From a virus (taxonomy: Duplodnaviria; Heunggongvirae; Uroviricota; Caudoviricetes), in the IMG/VR virus record IMGVR_UViG_3300005527_003200: a stretch of DNA of 45,033 nt; one strand, given 5' to 3'. The position numbers and the translations under genes are program-made. Shown one piece after another: positions 8,347-17,274 of this stretch. Position 1 is the first letter of the stretch. Each line of letters begins with the position of its first letter. The notes under the pieces were generated by a model. The model was not told where the DNA came from and made no database searches. It saw nothing but the letters and a program-made list of their open reading frames with translations.

Positions 8347-8803
8347 TTTTTGGTGCCTCCGCTGCACGATTTATAGTGGTAATGAATTCTCGAGGAATTT
8401 CACACTGTCCACCAGGTGCAAATTTTACATCGTACTTGACTATTTCTCTGTCAATATACTGTATGATGTCTTGACCTCTACGAGTGATGTATTCAGTTTT
8501 CTTCACAACTCGTTCCACAATCTTTACATTTTCCCGTGCGCTTTCAGCTTCAGCAATCTTTAGTTTTTGTTCCACTTCAGCCACACGCTCGCGCCATTCT
8601 GCTTCCACTGCGTATCCGCCGCGAAAGTAAACTCCTAGCACCAAAAGTGCAATGCCCAGGACTTTAAAGGGCAACTGATATTGCCACACTAGAGGAATAC
8701 GATGCGCAAAAAATCCTGCTACAGTAAGCACAAGGCCCGCTAATAACAGGATGTTACAAAACCATAAGATCAAGGCATCAGGAAGAAAATGTAAAATCCA
8801 CAT
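8333..8803 (-). CDS. Putative i-spanin (Rz-like)
   Basis: Two N-terminal TM segments, coiled coil EAEWRERVAEVEQKLKIAE, C-terminal Cys; lies upstream of the o-spanin and endolysin. Confidence 0.62.
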   Translation of the reverse strand: MWILHFLPDALILWFCNILLLAGLVLTVAGFFAHRIPLVWQYQLPFKVLGIALLVLGVYFRGGYAVEAEWRERVAEVEQKLKIAEAESARENVKIVERVVKKTEYITRRGQDIIQYIDREIVKYDVKFAPGGQCEIPREFITTINRAAEAPKNETK

Positions 8804-8808
8804 GCCAT

Positions 8809-8814
8809 TATTTA
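8809..8814 (-). promoter_or_regulatory. T4-late-like TAAATA box overlapping a stop codon, 5 nt before the ATG
   Basis: TAAATA-ATGGC-ATG; the TAA is the stop of the DUF2061 gene. Confidence 0.6.
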
Positions 8815-9015
8815 GTTGCGCCCCCAGGATACCCGAGCCCAGGCCCGTTCATGCAACCAATACAGCACAGTATTCACACCCATTTGCACAAATGCAATGA
8901 CCGAGCTAATTCCAAAACTACCAGTAATTAAATACGCAATGGTAAATGTGCTGGCGCTGCCAGTAATGCGCCAGGTCAGAGTTTTTACTAGACTACGACC
9001 ATTGCTGTCGGTCAC
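8812..9015 (-). CDS. DUF2061-like small membrane protein
   Basis: RSLVKTLTWRITGS...LYWLHERAWARVSWG. Confidence 0.8.
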   Translation of the reverse strand: MTDSNGRSLVKTLTWRITGSASTFTIAYLITGSFGISSVIAFVQMGVNTVLYWLHERAWARVSWGRN

Positions 9016-9806
9016 TTTAATCCTAATTCTTTGCGAATTTTTGTGGCTGAAATATCTGTGATTGCTTCGTCAAATGACTCTTCGCCGGCTGAATAGCCCA
9101 CGCCGCGACCCCAGCCAATATGCACAATGTTGGGCACAACTTGTATTTCATACTGGCCTTGATACAGAGGATCTAAGTCACGTCGAATAAATGATTTCAC
9201 TCGTTCCACTTCAAACGGATTAGAACCCTGCCAGCCCTGTACATCACGCACTTGAATAACAACCTGCCCTGTGCGTTCTAGCAGGCGTTCAAATAACGCA
9301 CGATGGCCGTCATGCCAGGGCTGCCAGCGACCCAGCATTTGCACAGTTTCTCGTTTGAAATCAAACACAGGACGTCGACGATTGTCGATAATGTGCTCTT
9401 TAATGAAGTCCGCCCATTTCTCACAGTTCTGTTCATTTATGCGAAAGTCGTACACTTCGGGTTCCACAAACATGGCATTGGTATCAGCATATCGACCTTC
9501 ACGGATGGTGTCTACCCATACAGTCCAATCTGCTTTGAACACATTGCGCATTTCCACCAAGGGTGCCACAAAGTCTGCTATCATGTAGTCATATGCTGTG
9601 AGCTTGTCTGCTAGTTCACGCATTCTTCGTGCTTGACGAATACGCCCGGCTTCTGAAAAGTCCCAGTCATTGTACTGTTCGCGGATTTCGTCTGCGTTCA
9701 GCCAACCCACTTGCTTGCCAGCTGCTTCTAGCTGTGCTTGCAATTCCCGTGCCAGTGTGGTTTTACCCGAGCCTGGCAGGCCCATGATTAAGATACGTTG
9801 TGGCAT
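9012..9806 (-). CDS. Fusion: adenylylsulfate kinase (CysC)-like domain + HxGH nucleotidyltransferase domain
   Basis: GLPGSGKT P-loop, LNADEIR...WDFSEAGRIRQARRM (CysC-like); LGRWQPWHDGH, NPF and ISATKIR (NadM/cytidylyltransferase superfamily). Confidence 0.8.
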   Translation of the reverse strand: MPQRILIMGLPGSGKTTLARELQAQLEAAGKQVGWLNADEIREQYNDWDFSEAGRIRQARRMRELADKLTAYDYMIADFVAPLVEMRNVFKADWTVWVDTIREGRYADTNAMFVEPEVYDFRINEQNCEKWADFIKEHIIDNRRRPVFDFKRETVQMLGRWQPWHDGHRALFERLLERTGQVVIQVRDVQGWQGSNPFEVERVKSFIRRDLDPLYQGQYEIQVVPNIVHIGWGRGVGYSAGEESFDEAITDISATKIRKELGLK

Positions 9807-10720
9807 AGTGTGTCCTTTGAATTATTTAATGATGAAACTTTGACCTTTAAAATATCTGCAACCCAACCATTTTGCACCATTTCAATGGGGTGGCATTCAC
9901 CGTAGTATTCATTGCTGACCCAGGCCTCGTGTTCTGCGTCATAATCAAACCAAGGGCTAAATCCCAGCACTAGATTGGTTCTGTCTGCGCTATCCACACC
10001 ATGCACTCGATGGGACTGATTGGTGTCCCAGGTGTAGGCCCGGCCCAATTGTAAATTGATATCCTCACCGCGGTACTGCAAATAATGATCAGGCGATTGA
10101 GTTAAAGGTATGTTTATTCTGACATTTTCATACACAGGCTCGTCTTTGTGCAGTAGATATTCAGGATTTGTACTGTCTTGTGCATGAGCACGAATCACAC
10201 TCAGTCGCGATCTTATTAGAGTTCTTGGAAAATGACTCAACAAATCACCAAATTGTTCACGTGCCACTGTGTTGGGCTGATTGAATGCATAGCTGTCATA
10301 GTATGAATTTTTTAAACGACCACGCAAGGCCAACCAAGTGCGCACGTTGCCATAAAAAAATGATTGATTGTTAATAAAACTTGAACCCAGGGTGGAATTG
10401 AATTCTGTCACAGCAGGATCACGTATGTGGGGATTGTGTGTCAAACTCAGTGACTGATATGAACTGCGTGATCGTCCTTGCCTGCTCAACCAGCCGTAGC
10501 TGCCATACAGTGCAAGAGCCTGTTCAGCTGCCTGTTGCAGTGCGCCAACAGGATAATTCAACTCACACTCATGCACTTGATTTGCTGGTTGGGGCAGGCG
10601 TCGAAACAGTCGTTCAATGTTGGTGCGTAATTTTATGTATGAAAACACTGACAGAAAAGGCGGCACATCAGCTGTACGAATCACAATCTTTTTTGTGGAC
10701 ATTTGAAATAGTAAATGCAT
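9788..10720 (-). CDS. Putative 2OG-Fe(II) oxygenase (Asp/Asn beta-hydroxylase-like fold); start uncertain
   Basis: LLHKDE (HxD), RINIPL, YTWDTNQSHRVHG (distal H), DRTNLV (R). Confidence 0.6.
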   Translation of the reverse strand: MHLLFQMSTKKIVIRTADVPPFLSVFSYIKLRTNIERLFRRLPQPANQVHECELNYPVGALQQAAEQALALYGSYGWLSRQGRSRSSYQSLSLTHNPHIRDPAVTEFNSTLGSSFINNQSFFYGNVRTWLALRGRLKNSYYDSYAFNQPNTVAREQFGDLLSHFPRTLIRSRLSVIRAHAQDSTNPEYLLHKDEPVYENVRINIPLTQSPDHYLQYRGEDINLQLGRAYTWDTNQSHRVHGVDSADRTNLVLGFSPWFDYDAEHEAWVSNEYYGECHPIEMVQNGWVADILKVKVSSLNNSKDTLCHNVS

Positions 10721-10818
10721 TTGCTGAACGCTACAATTTGCGATTGGAAACGTTCAAAAAAGAGCCCGCTGAATTGGGGCGTCTTTATTTTGTTTACAGC
10801 AAACCAGCAGCGGCTTGA
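10697..10818 (+). pseudogene. Possible 3' remnant of a displaced phage methyltransferase gene
   Basis: WTFEIVNAFAERYNLRLETFKKEPAELGRLYFVYSK* resembles the C-terminus of a SAM methyltransferase recalled from related phages; no plausible start or RBS. Recall only. Confidence 0.35.
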
Positions 10819-11366
10819 AGTTCGCGCAGATCACGCTTGACTGCGTGAATTTGTTTTTCAGGCAGGCCAGCGGCTGCTCGCCATTCATTTAGATCCTGAT
10901 CTGTGCTTTTTCTATAAGCGTCTGGCGTGAGTGGCACAGTGTCAGCAAACACCTGTTCGTCCCAGGAAAATTTGCCATTGTTGTAGTGTACCATCCAGTC
11001 GTCGGGTTCATACTCTGTGAGCGTGGAAAGATCATCCAGCAGTGTTTGCACATGCTGTGGGGCTGAACTGCGTCTGCGTATTTCCAGATAAACCAAGTAT
11101 CTGTTGGGTTTGATTTCGCCGGGTGAACGGTCAGCGTCCAGCACAAAATCATAGCCTTTTTCAAACCACGCCACAAGATCCTTGGCAGCGGCTTTGTCAC
11201 GCACAAAAAAGCTCAGCACAATGATGTCTTCGTCGTCGCCCATTTTTGAGCTGAATTCATCCACGTGAATAGTGGGCTTCATTATGCCGTCGAGGTCACG
11301 ATACTGTAGACCTTCAAGCAGAGGGTTGTGAGAGTTGTTGTTGTGCATCATTTGCTTGTGAATCAC
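10794..11366 (-). CDS. Conserved phage hypothetical protein
   Basis: 190-aa ORF in frame with the minus-strand gene flow (IHVDEFSSKMGDDEDIIVLSF); start uncertain. Confidence 0.75.
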   Translation of the reverse strand: MIHKQMMHNNNSHNPLLEGLQYRDLDGIMKPTIHVDEFSSKMGDDEDIIVLSFFVRDKAAAKDLVAWFEKGYDFVLDADRSPGEIKPNRYLVYLEIRRRSSAPQHVQTLLDDLSTLTEYEPDDWMVHYNNGKFSWDEQVFADTVPLTPDAYRKSTDQDLNEWRAAAGLPEKQIHAVKRDLRELQAAAGLL

Positions 11367-11910
11367 TTTGATTGGCTTCTTGATCTAGATCCTGCTCGTA
11401 GGCATCATCTAAATCTCCGAGGTCAATGTCCTCGTCTTCCATTTCAATGGAACCTGTACGTATTTCACTCATTAAGGCCTTGGGCATGACTATTTCTACC
11501 AGCCATACATCACGTTCCATGATCTTGGCTTTTTTGGTACCCGGGCGGTAGTCTGATGGGTCTGTAATTTTGATGGGAATCTTGATCTTTTGCTTTTTGT
11601 ACTTTATTTCGCAGTCAAATGGCAACAAGCGTCGACCACCACGTGGGTCGGGCATGAGCTTTTCAGGCCACATGAAAATACAGCCCACTGTGTACTTGCC
11701 AATATCCGGGCCTTGTACCAGTTCGCCAATGGCCCAGTTGCGAAATGCATAGATATCTAATTCGTCCAGCACACGCTCAAAGTCCAACAGCGTGGTAAGA
11801 CTGCCGTCGCTCATGTAGATGTTGCGAATATTGTCGGCTACCTGCCAATAATCTTCGTGATTTTTGAACAGTTCTTTGTCGTTGATGCCGTGTGCGTTCT
11901 TGGTTTGCAT
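11314..11910 (-). CDS. Conserved phage hypothetical protein, acidic C-terminus
   Basis: 198-aa ORF preceded by TAAATA-N5-ATG. Confidence 0.8.
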   Translation of the reverse strand: MQTKNAHGINDKELFKNHEDYWQVADNIRNIYMSDGSLTTLLDFERVLDELDIYAFRNWAIGELVQGPDIGKYTVGCIFMWPEKLMPDPRGGRRLLPFDCEIKYKKQKIKIPIKITDPSDYRPGTKKAKIMERDVWLVEIVMPKALMSEIRTGSIEMEDEDIDLGDLDDAYEQDLDQEANQSDSQANDAQQQLSQPSA

Positions 11911-11915
11911 GTGAT

Positions 11916-11921
11916 TATTTA
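11916..11921 (-). promoter_or_regulatory. T4-late-like TAAATA box
   Basis: TAAATA-ATCAC-ATG. Confidence 0.6.
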
Positions 11922-11952
11922 TGGCAAAAACACTGTGTTGTGGTTTTTGGTT

Positions 11953-12867
11953 TTATGATGCATTGCGGCCTTTGACCGTGGGGTAAATTGTGATGTTTTG
12001 TTTGGTAATAGTAGGGCAAAATTTGCACTGTGCAATAGGGTCATCTAATCGTGCCAGCCAGTCCACAGCAGGACCTGGCCAGTCATTCACTGTCAGCGGT
12101 TGATAGCTGTTTAATAACAGTCGATCTTGGTCGCTGATTGCTAGATTGTGCTGTTGGTCAAATTCAGGCATCAGGGCCACTGGCCCGCATTTGTACAGTT
12201 GGCCACGAATGAAATGATAGCATTTGTACTGAGCAAACCCGCAGGCTTGATGTGCAAAAAAAGGGTCTGAATCATGCAGTGCAAATTGTCCTTGATTGTT
12301 TCTGTACACTGCTGCATCGTGAAAACTGTTGGCCAAATGCATTCTGACCAGCACATTGTTCACATCTCGTGCTGAATAGAAAGCATGATTGTCTGAGTTG
12401 TATTTGTCAACCACATCAATTGCTGTGCCATATTCTTCATTGATTGGCTGTAAAAAACTTTTTATATTGCTTCGTATTTGATCAAAATGGTCCAAGTTGT
12501 GCAGGCTTATTTCAATATTGCCGCAGGCCAGGCCGTTGTCGGCTTTTATATTGGCAAGAGCATTGTACAAATCAGGATTGGATTTTAACTGCAATCCATT
12601 TGAAAGAATCTGTATGTTGCATTTAAAAATATCATTTAATCCCACAACCCATTCTGACAGTGTGGGGTTTAGGGTGGGTTCGCCACCCAGGATCACAATG
12701 TTTTTTAATTCAATATATTCGCCCCAGCGTCGATAGGTGTCAGCATAGTCACTCCAGCGTTGCCAACCAGTGAATCGATGATTGTTAAAACGATTGCAAT
12801 TTTCACATGTCAAATTGCATACGTTGGTGATGTAGAATTCTACTTTGTTTTCAAATGTGTATTTCAA
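11953..12867 (-). CDS. Radical SAM protein
   Basis: CNLTCENC (CxxxCxxC), LGGEPTL, SNG; C-terminal Cys cluster (CGFAQYKC...YKCGP...CKFC); TTG start. Confidence 0.88.
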   Translation of the reverse strand: MKYTFENKVEFYITNVCNLTCENCNRFNNHRFTGWQRWSDYADTYRRWGEYIELKNIVILGGEPTLNPTLSEWVVGLNDIFKCNIQILSNGLQLKSNPDLYNALANIKADNGLACGNIEISLHNLDHFDQIRSNIKSFLQPINEEYGTAIDVVDKYNSDNHAFYSARDVNNVLVRMHLANSFHDAAVYRNNQGQFALHDSDPFFAHQACGFAQYKCYHFIRGQLYKCGPVALMPEFDQQHNLAISDQDRLLLNSYQPLTVNDWPGPAVDWLARLDDPIAQCKFCPTITKQNITIYPTVKGRNAS

Positions 12868-12885
12868 TGCAATTCCGCCTGGTCA

Positions 12886-12949
12886 GTATTTAGTGATTGA
12901 ATCCATCCAGATCAGTCCACATATCTTGAAGTTGTGCTGGCCGTAAATA
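12886..12949. promoter_or_regulatory. Back-to-back TAAATA boxes for the radical SAM gene (-) and phoH (+)
   Basis: tattta at 12886-12891 and taaata at 12944-12949. Confidence 0.55.
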
Positions 12950-12952
12950 TCC

Positions 12953-13723
12953 ATGTCCATCAAGGACAAAAGGAGTATAGAAACTTTGAGCAGAAATCGA
13001 GCAGCAAAAGCACAAGCAAAACGTATGAATCAGGCGGTAGAAAACACCATCAGCTTTTCACAAGCACCCAAAGCGGCCCAACGCAGAGTAGAATTGATCC
13101 CTCGAACACGAAATCAAGAAGCTCTTGTGTTGGCTCTCATGGATCCTGATCAACATATTGTTGTCACTGCTGGACCAGCTGGTACAGGTAAAACTTACCT
13201 AGCCATGTTGGCCGCAGTAAAAGCACTTAAAGAAGGAGTATGCGATCGCATAGTACTAACACGACCTGCCGTTGAGGTAGAAGGTGAAAAAATAGGATTC
13301 TTACCTGGCACTCTTGAAAAGAAAATGGAGCCATGGACAAGACCTTTGTTTGACGTCATGCGGGAATTTTACCGCCCAGCAGACATTACGGCCATGATAG
13401 AAGAAGGTACTATCGAAATCTCGCCACTGGCATTCATGCGAGGTCGAACCTTTAAAAACAGTTATATAATCGCGGACGAAATGCAAAATGCAACTCCCGC
13501 ACAGGCCAAAATGCTGATGACTAGAATAGGGCAAAACAGCAAGATTGTGATCACAGGTGATGTGGAGCAAGCTGATCGTAGCACTGTCAATAATGGACTA
13601 TTGGATCTGTGCAATCGCTTGCAGAATCGTGATGTGAATGGTATTGCTGTGTGTAAGATGGAAACACGGGACGTTCAACGTCACCGGATAATTGGGTCAG
13701 TGTTGAAGTTGTACGCAGATTAG
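12953..13723 (+). CDS. phoH: PhoH-like ATPase
   Basis: GPAGTGKT, IVLTRPAVE, GFLPG, LAFMRGRTF, IADEMQN, ITGDVEQAD. True start may be TTG at 12986 (AGGAG RBS). Confidence 0.95.
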   Translation: MSIKDKRSIETLSRNRAAKAQAKRMNQAVENTISFSQAPKAAQRRVELIPRTRNQEALVLALMDPDQHIVVTAGPAGTGKTYLAMLAAVKALKEGVCDRIVLTRPAVEVEGEKIGFLPGTLEKKMEPWTRPLFDVMREFYRPADITAMIEEGTIEISPLAFMRGRTFKNSYIIADEMQNATPAQAKMLMTRIGQNSKIVITGDVEQADRSTVNNGLLDLCNRLQNRDVNGIAVCKMETRDVQRHRIIGSVLKLYAD

Positions 13724-14316
13724 GAGGTGATTATCGCGTAAATTTCCCGCCAATTTTTGACGACCGGAATTTGTTCGTTGACATGATTCATATTATGCCC
13801 GTGCTCCACCAGGATGCTACGTAACCCTAATTTGTGTCCAACTTCAGCATTTTCCGGTTTGTCTTCTATCCACCAACAGCCGGAATCTCTGTAGGGCTCC
13901 AGTGCTTCATTCTTATCTGCACCAGTTTCCAAACAAACAATCTGTTCAAACGCTGTTTTTCCAAACAGTTTGGCAAGATTCATTTCTCTCAGTCGCTGTG
14001 CATTTACATCTGAGCTTAGACTTGTGATGCAGTGAAATCGATAGCCATGTTCTTCATGCAGGCGTTTCACATAGTACATGGCATCTCTCAAGGGTGGCAA
14101 GAACCCAATGGCAGCTGACTCGTTAAACAGTTTGATCAGCTTGCGGCCTTGGTCTTTTGAGATGCCATAGCGGTCACCAATATCGTACACAAATTCGCCG
14201 CCGGCCTGTTGTTCGTGCCCGTGCTGTTCCATCCAGATGGCAAATGCATACTCCCAGTTAAGGAGCACGCCATCTGCGTCAACTAGGATCAATTGTTTAG
14301 GGTTGTATTTTTTCAT
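13720..14316 (-). CDS. HAD-superfamily 5'(3')-nucleotidase-like protein
   Basis: ILVDADGVLL (DxD motif), CITS, WIEDKPENA. Confidence 0.8.
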   Translation of the reverse strand: MKKYNPKQLILVDADGVLLNWEYAFAIWMEQHGHEQQAGGEFVYDIGDRYGISKDQGRKLIKLFNESAAIGFLPPLRDAMYYVKRLHEEHGYRFHCITSLSSDVNAQRLREMNLAKLFGKTAFEQIVCLETGADKNEALEPYRDSGCWWIEDKPENAEVGHKLGLRSILVEHGHNMNHVNEQIPVVKNWREIYAIITS

Positions 14317-14959
14317 AGAGTCTGAGTATTTCGCCTTGTGTGGAAAAAATATTTCCGTTTAGTTCTGTGGTTGATTTTGTGTTAATCAAGTGTACTATAT
14401 CTCGGGCTTTGTTGTCAAGTTGATTTGATAACCCACCGTCAGGATGCACACCAAAAAAACAAGCAGGAAAGTTCATTGCAAACGACTTCATGATACAAGC
14501 ATTGGTAAACTTGTTGCCAATGTAATCTGCGTAACCAACATGATTGAGTTTTGGTTGCACAATTAACTCACTCAACATCCAACCAATTTTGGTACTATGA
14601 TCAATCCGATTGCCCAACGCATGCACAAGATAAAATGGAAATTGACAAGATACAAAATAACTCTGTTGCCAATCTCTAGGATTTTGCACAGTAGATTTTT
14701 TAAATTTTGATTCGCTCAACGCTGATGCATTGTGATTGAAAAATACCAAGTCAATATGCTGTAAATTTGGAATGCATTGTCGAATGTTTGCCAATTGCAT
14801 TTTTTTCCATTCAACTGGTATCACAGTCACGTTGGGGGTGTGGACCCAAGCGTTAGCATTGCTGGTCACAAGATACACATGATAGTCGTGTGCCACAAGT
14901 TGTTCAGTCAATTTGGCGCCAAATTTTGATCCGCCGCCCATGATCAAACAAGTTTTCAT
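14297..14959 (-). CDS. Short-chain dehydrogenase/reductase-like protein
   Basis: Start MKTCLIMGGGSKFG at 14959 (ATGA overlap); IDLVFFN; YIGNK (YxxxK); GVHP. Confidence 0.65.
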   Translation of the reverse strand: MKTCLIMGGGSKFGAKLTEQLVAHDYHVYLVTSNANAWVHTPNVTVIPVEWKKMQLANIRQCIPNLQHIDLVFFNHNASALSESKFKKSTVQNPRDWQQSYFVSCQFPFYLVHALGNRIDHSTKIGWMLSELIVQPKLNHVGYADYIGNKFTNACIMKSFAMNFPACFFGVHPDGGLSNQLDNKARDIVHLINTKSTTELNGNIFSTQGEILRLYEKIQP

Positions 14960-16113
14960 ACTACCAGCTCCGGAAACACCCGGCGCCAATTGGTGCCCCG
15001 CAGCTGGTCCAAATGATCAAAATATTTGACATATCCCGAAGGATCAGACTCTACTGTTTCTAATTCTTGTGTACATCTTGCAATATTGAACCAGGAGTTT
15101 GATTTGTTTTCAATCAGTCCAGATGTCAACAATTGATTTATCTGTGTGCAAGCAAGTTGCTTGATTGCAGTGGGTGCATGCCTGGCACGTAGATATTGAT
15201 GTTTGTACAGTTGATTGATTGTGATGTCTGTAATTCCGTGCTCTTGCACAAAATATTTGATAGTATCAGTCAAGTCAGATACACTGCCCACAAACCATAC
15301 TAGATTTAATCGTATGTCATGACCAAGTGTTTTGATAGTTTTGAGATTGTTAAGAAACTGATTCCAGTTGCCGCCTTGTCTTACATAATTGAATTTATCT
15401 TCTATACAGTCTGCACTCACAGTCCAAAGAACATTTTTAAATCGTTTGAGTTCGACAAACACTGAATTAGAGTCAGTGGCTTGACTGATGTTTGAATTGA
15501 TTCTTATTGGAAGTTCTGTATTGACAAGTTTTTTGAGTAATTTAACATTGTGTTTGATCAACAACGGTTCGCCACCAGAAAGATATATCTCTTTCATGAC
15601 ATACTGATTTTGTTCAATCCTAGCAATAATGTCATCAATATTCTTGTTGTCACTTCGATTGGTTGTTATGCCTTGTTCTTGTGCAATCAAACTGCTTTGA
15701 GCCGGATTGCAATACACACATTTAAAATTGCAGGTATTGTCCCAATGTAAATCAACGCCATTAAGTTCAAATGCAGTGATATCTTCATAGTTGATATCAA
15801 AGTTTTTAAACATGGGATTATAATGATTGCGTAAATCAAAGTGCTCAGTACCAGTGGTCAGGCGATGACAAGCTGTGCAGTTTTGATTGAAAGTATCTTG
15901 TAATAAATCTTGTTTGATTGCCTGTATATCTGCTGACTGTAAGATTTGATCCAGCGGTTGATCATTTATATTGCCAAACGGAATTCCTTTGCTGCAAGTG
16001 CGAACAGCACCATCAGAAAAAATTTGAAAATGGTTCCATGGTACTGCACAAAAATGTTTTGACTCTTTGAATAAGAAAAACTTTTTCTTATGGCTCAACA
16101 ATTTCATATCCAT
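14956..16113 (-). CDS. Radical SAM protein with N-terminal SPASM/twitch-like Cys domain
   Basis: FCAVPWNH...VRTC...CTAC; CNFKCVYC; LSGGEPL; INSN. Confidence 0.88.
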   Translation of the reverse strand: MDMKLLSHKKKFFLFKESKHFCAVPWNHFQIFSDGAVRTCSKGIPFGNINDQPLDQILQSADIQAIKQDLLQDTFNQNCTACHRLTTGTEHFDLRNHYNPMFKNFDINYEDITAFELNGVDLHWDNTCNFKCVYCNPAQSSLIAQEQGITTNRSDNKNIDDIIARIEQNQYVMKEIYLSGGEPLLIKHNVKLLKKLVNTELPIRINSNISQATDSNSVFVELKRFKNVLWTVSADCIEDKFNYVRQGGNWNQFLNNLKTIKTLGHDIRLNLVWFVGSVSDLTDTIKYFVQEHGITDITINQLYKHQYLRARHAPTAIKQLACTQINQLLTSGLIENKSNSWFNIARCTQELETVESDPSGYVKYFDHLDQLRGTNWRRVFPELVV

Positions 16114-16354
16114 TCTCGTTGAACAACCGTGTTATGGTTGATTCATAGTGTTTCATGTAGTATTCTACAATTTTGTTAAAGTCTCTAGGAACTTGCACTC
16201 CGCCCATACTGCACTTCACTACCTCTAGCTTTTTAAAATCAAGAATAACATTGGCAGTGGCATGATCTCTTGTTTTGAGATTTTTGGCCACAGCCATAAC
16301 TTCATCAATTTGGCCAGTAGGCTTCTTATAGTAGGTCAGGATTAGGTATCTCAT
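16088..16354 (-). CDS. Phage hypothetical protein
   Basis: 88-aa ORF, ATGA-coupled to the clamp loader gene. Confidence 0.75.
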   Translation of the reverse strand: MRYLILTYYKKPTGQIDEVMAVAKNLKTRDHATANVILDFKKLEVVKCSMGGVQVPRDFNKIVEYYMKHYESTITRLFNENGYEIVEP

Positions 16355-17274
16355 TCAATATTACTCAGTTCAATTAAAGTGGCACTCAAGTTGATTTCCT
16401 GATCTGCACTCAATGGAATATTCACCATGCCGTTGCGTATGATCACAATGGCTTGATCCTGACGTTCAGGTGTGTCGCCCCACAGATCCAAGTTGTTGTA
16501 CATCCAAGTAAACACTTCGTCTGCATCGTCCGGGCTGGTGCTTTGTGCAATCAGTGTGCGAGCCTGGCGCACCTGTCCTGCTTTAAACAGTTCAACTGAT
16601 TTCAGTCTCCAGTCTTGTGTGCCAACATCTGCTCGACCTGGTGGCAACAACGTGCCACTTTGACTGTTGGGCTGTACCAAATTCAAACACTTGCGCAGAT
16701 CAGGGTATGTTGCTTTGATATACGTGTCCAAGGTGTCCAAATCAAACTCCACACCTTCGGTGACCAACACCGTGGCCACTCGAGCAGTGAACTCTGTGTG
16801 ATCAGTTTTGATGATATGAAAACTCTGGCATCGACTGTGGATGGGTTTCATGATCTTGCTGGGACTGTTGCAAGTTAATATAAATCTCACAGTTTGTGAG
16901 TAGTCTTCCATGAGGTTACGTAGTGCAGGCTGAACTGAGTTCACGTTCATGTAGTCAGCTTCGTCAATCAGCACAACTTTGAAAGTTCCAAATGGCATGG
17001 TCTGACAAAAAGAGATCAGCTTGTCTACCCACTCAACCTTGCGAGCTTCCTTGGATCCGTTTGCGTACATCACATCAAATTGATCCACGCCCAGTTCATT
17101 GATCAGCAGTTTGGCCAGTGTGGTTTTACCTGTGCCCGGCGACCCCGACAGCATCAAATGTGGAATGCTTTTGTCTCGTATCCATTGTTGTACTTGCTCA
17201 CGTTGTGCATCATCCACAAACACATAGCCATCGACTGTGCTAGGACGATATTTTTCTACCCATAGTTCTTTCAT
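16351..17274 (-). CDS. Sliding clamp loader subunit (T4 gp44/RFC-like)
   Basis: LWVEKYRP, SGSPGTGKTT, VVLIDEADY, RFILTCN, IHSRC (SRC motif). Confidence 0.95.
   Translation of the reverse strand: MKELWVEKYRPSTVDGYVFVDDAQREQVQQWIRDKSIPHLMLSGSPGTGKTTLAKLLINELGVDQFDVMYANGSKEARKVEWVDKLISFCQTMPFGTFKVVLIDEADYMNVNSVQPALRNLMEDYSQTVRFILTCNSPSKIMKPIHSRCQSFHIIKTDHTEFTARVATVLVTEGVEFDLDTLDTYIKATYPDLRKCLNLVQPNSQSGTLLPPGRADVGTQDWRLKSVELFKAGQVRQARTLIAQSTSPDDADEVFTWMYNNLDLWGDTPERQDQAIVIIRNGMVNIPLSADQEINLSATLIELSNIE

Noticed and set aside
10438-10818. 126-aa plus-strand ORF as a complete gene
   Set aside because: The first ~85 codons are antisense to the oxygenase and not protein-like; only the 3' part is retained as a possible remnant.
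14297-14959. SDR as the ketoreductase of the ACP-desaturase-KS module
   Set aside because: It is 22 kb away, coupled to a radical SAM gene, and lacks recognisable FabG features (NNAG, basic ACP-binding patch); no support for a link.
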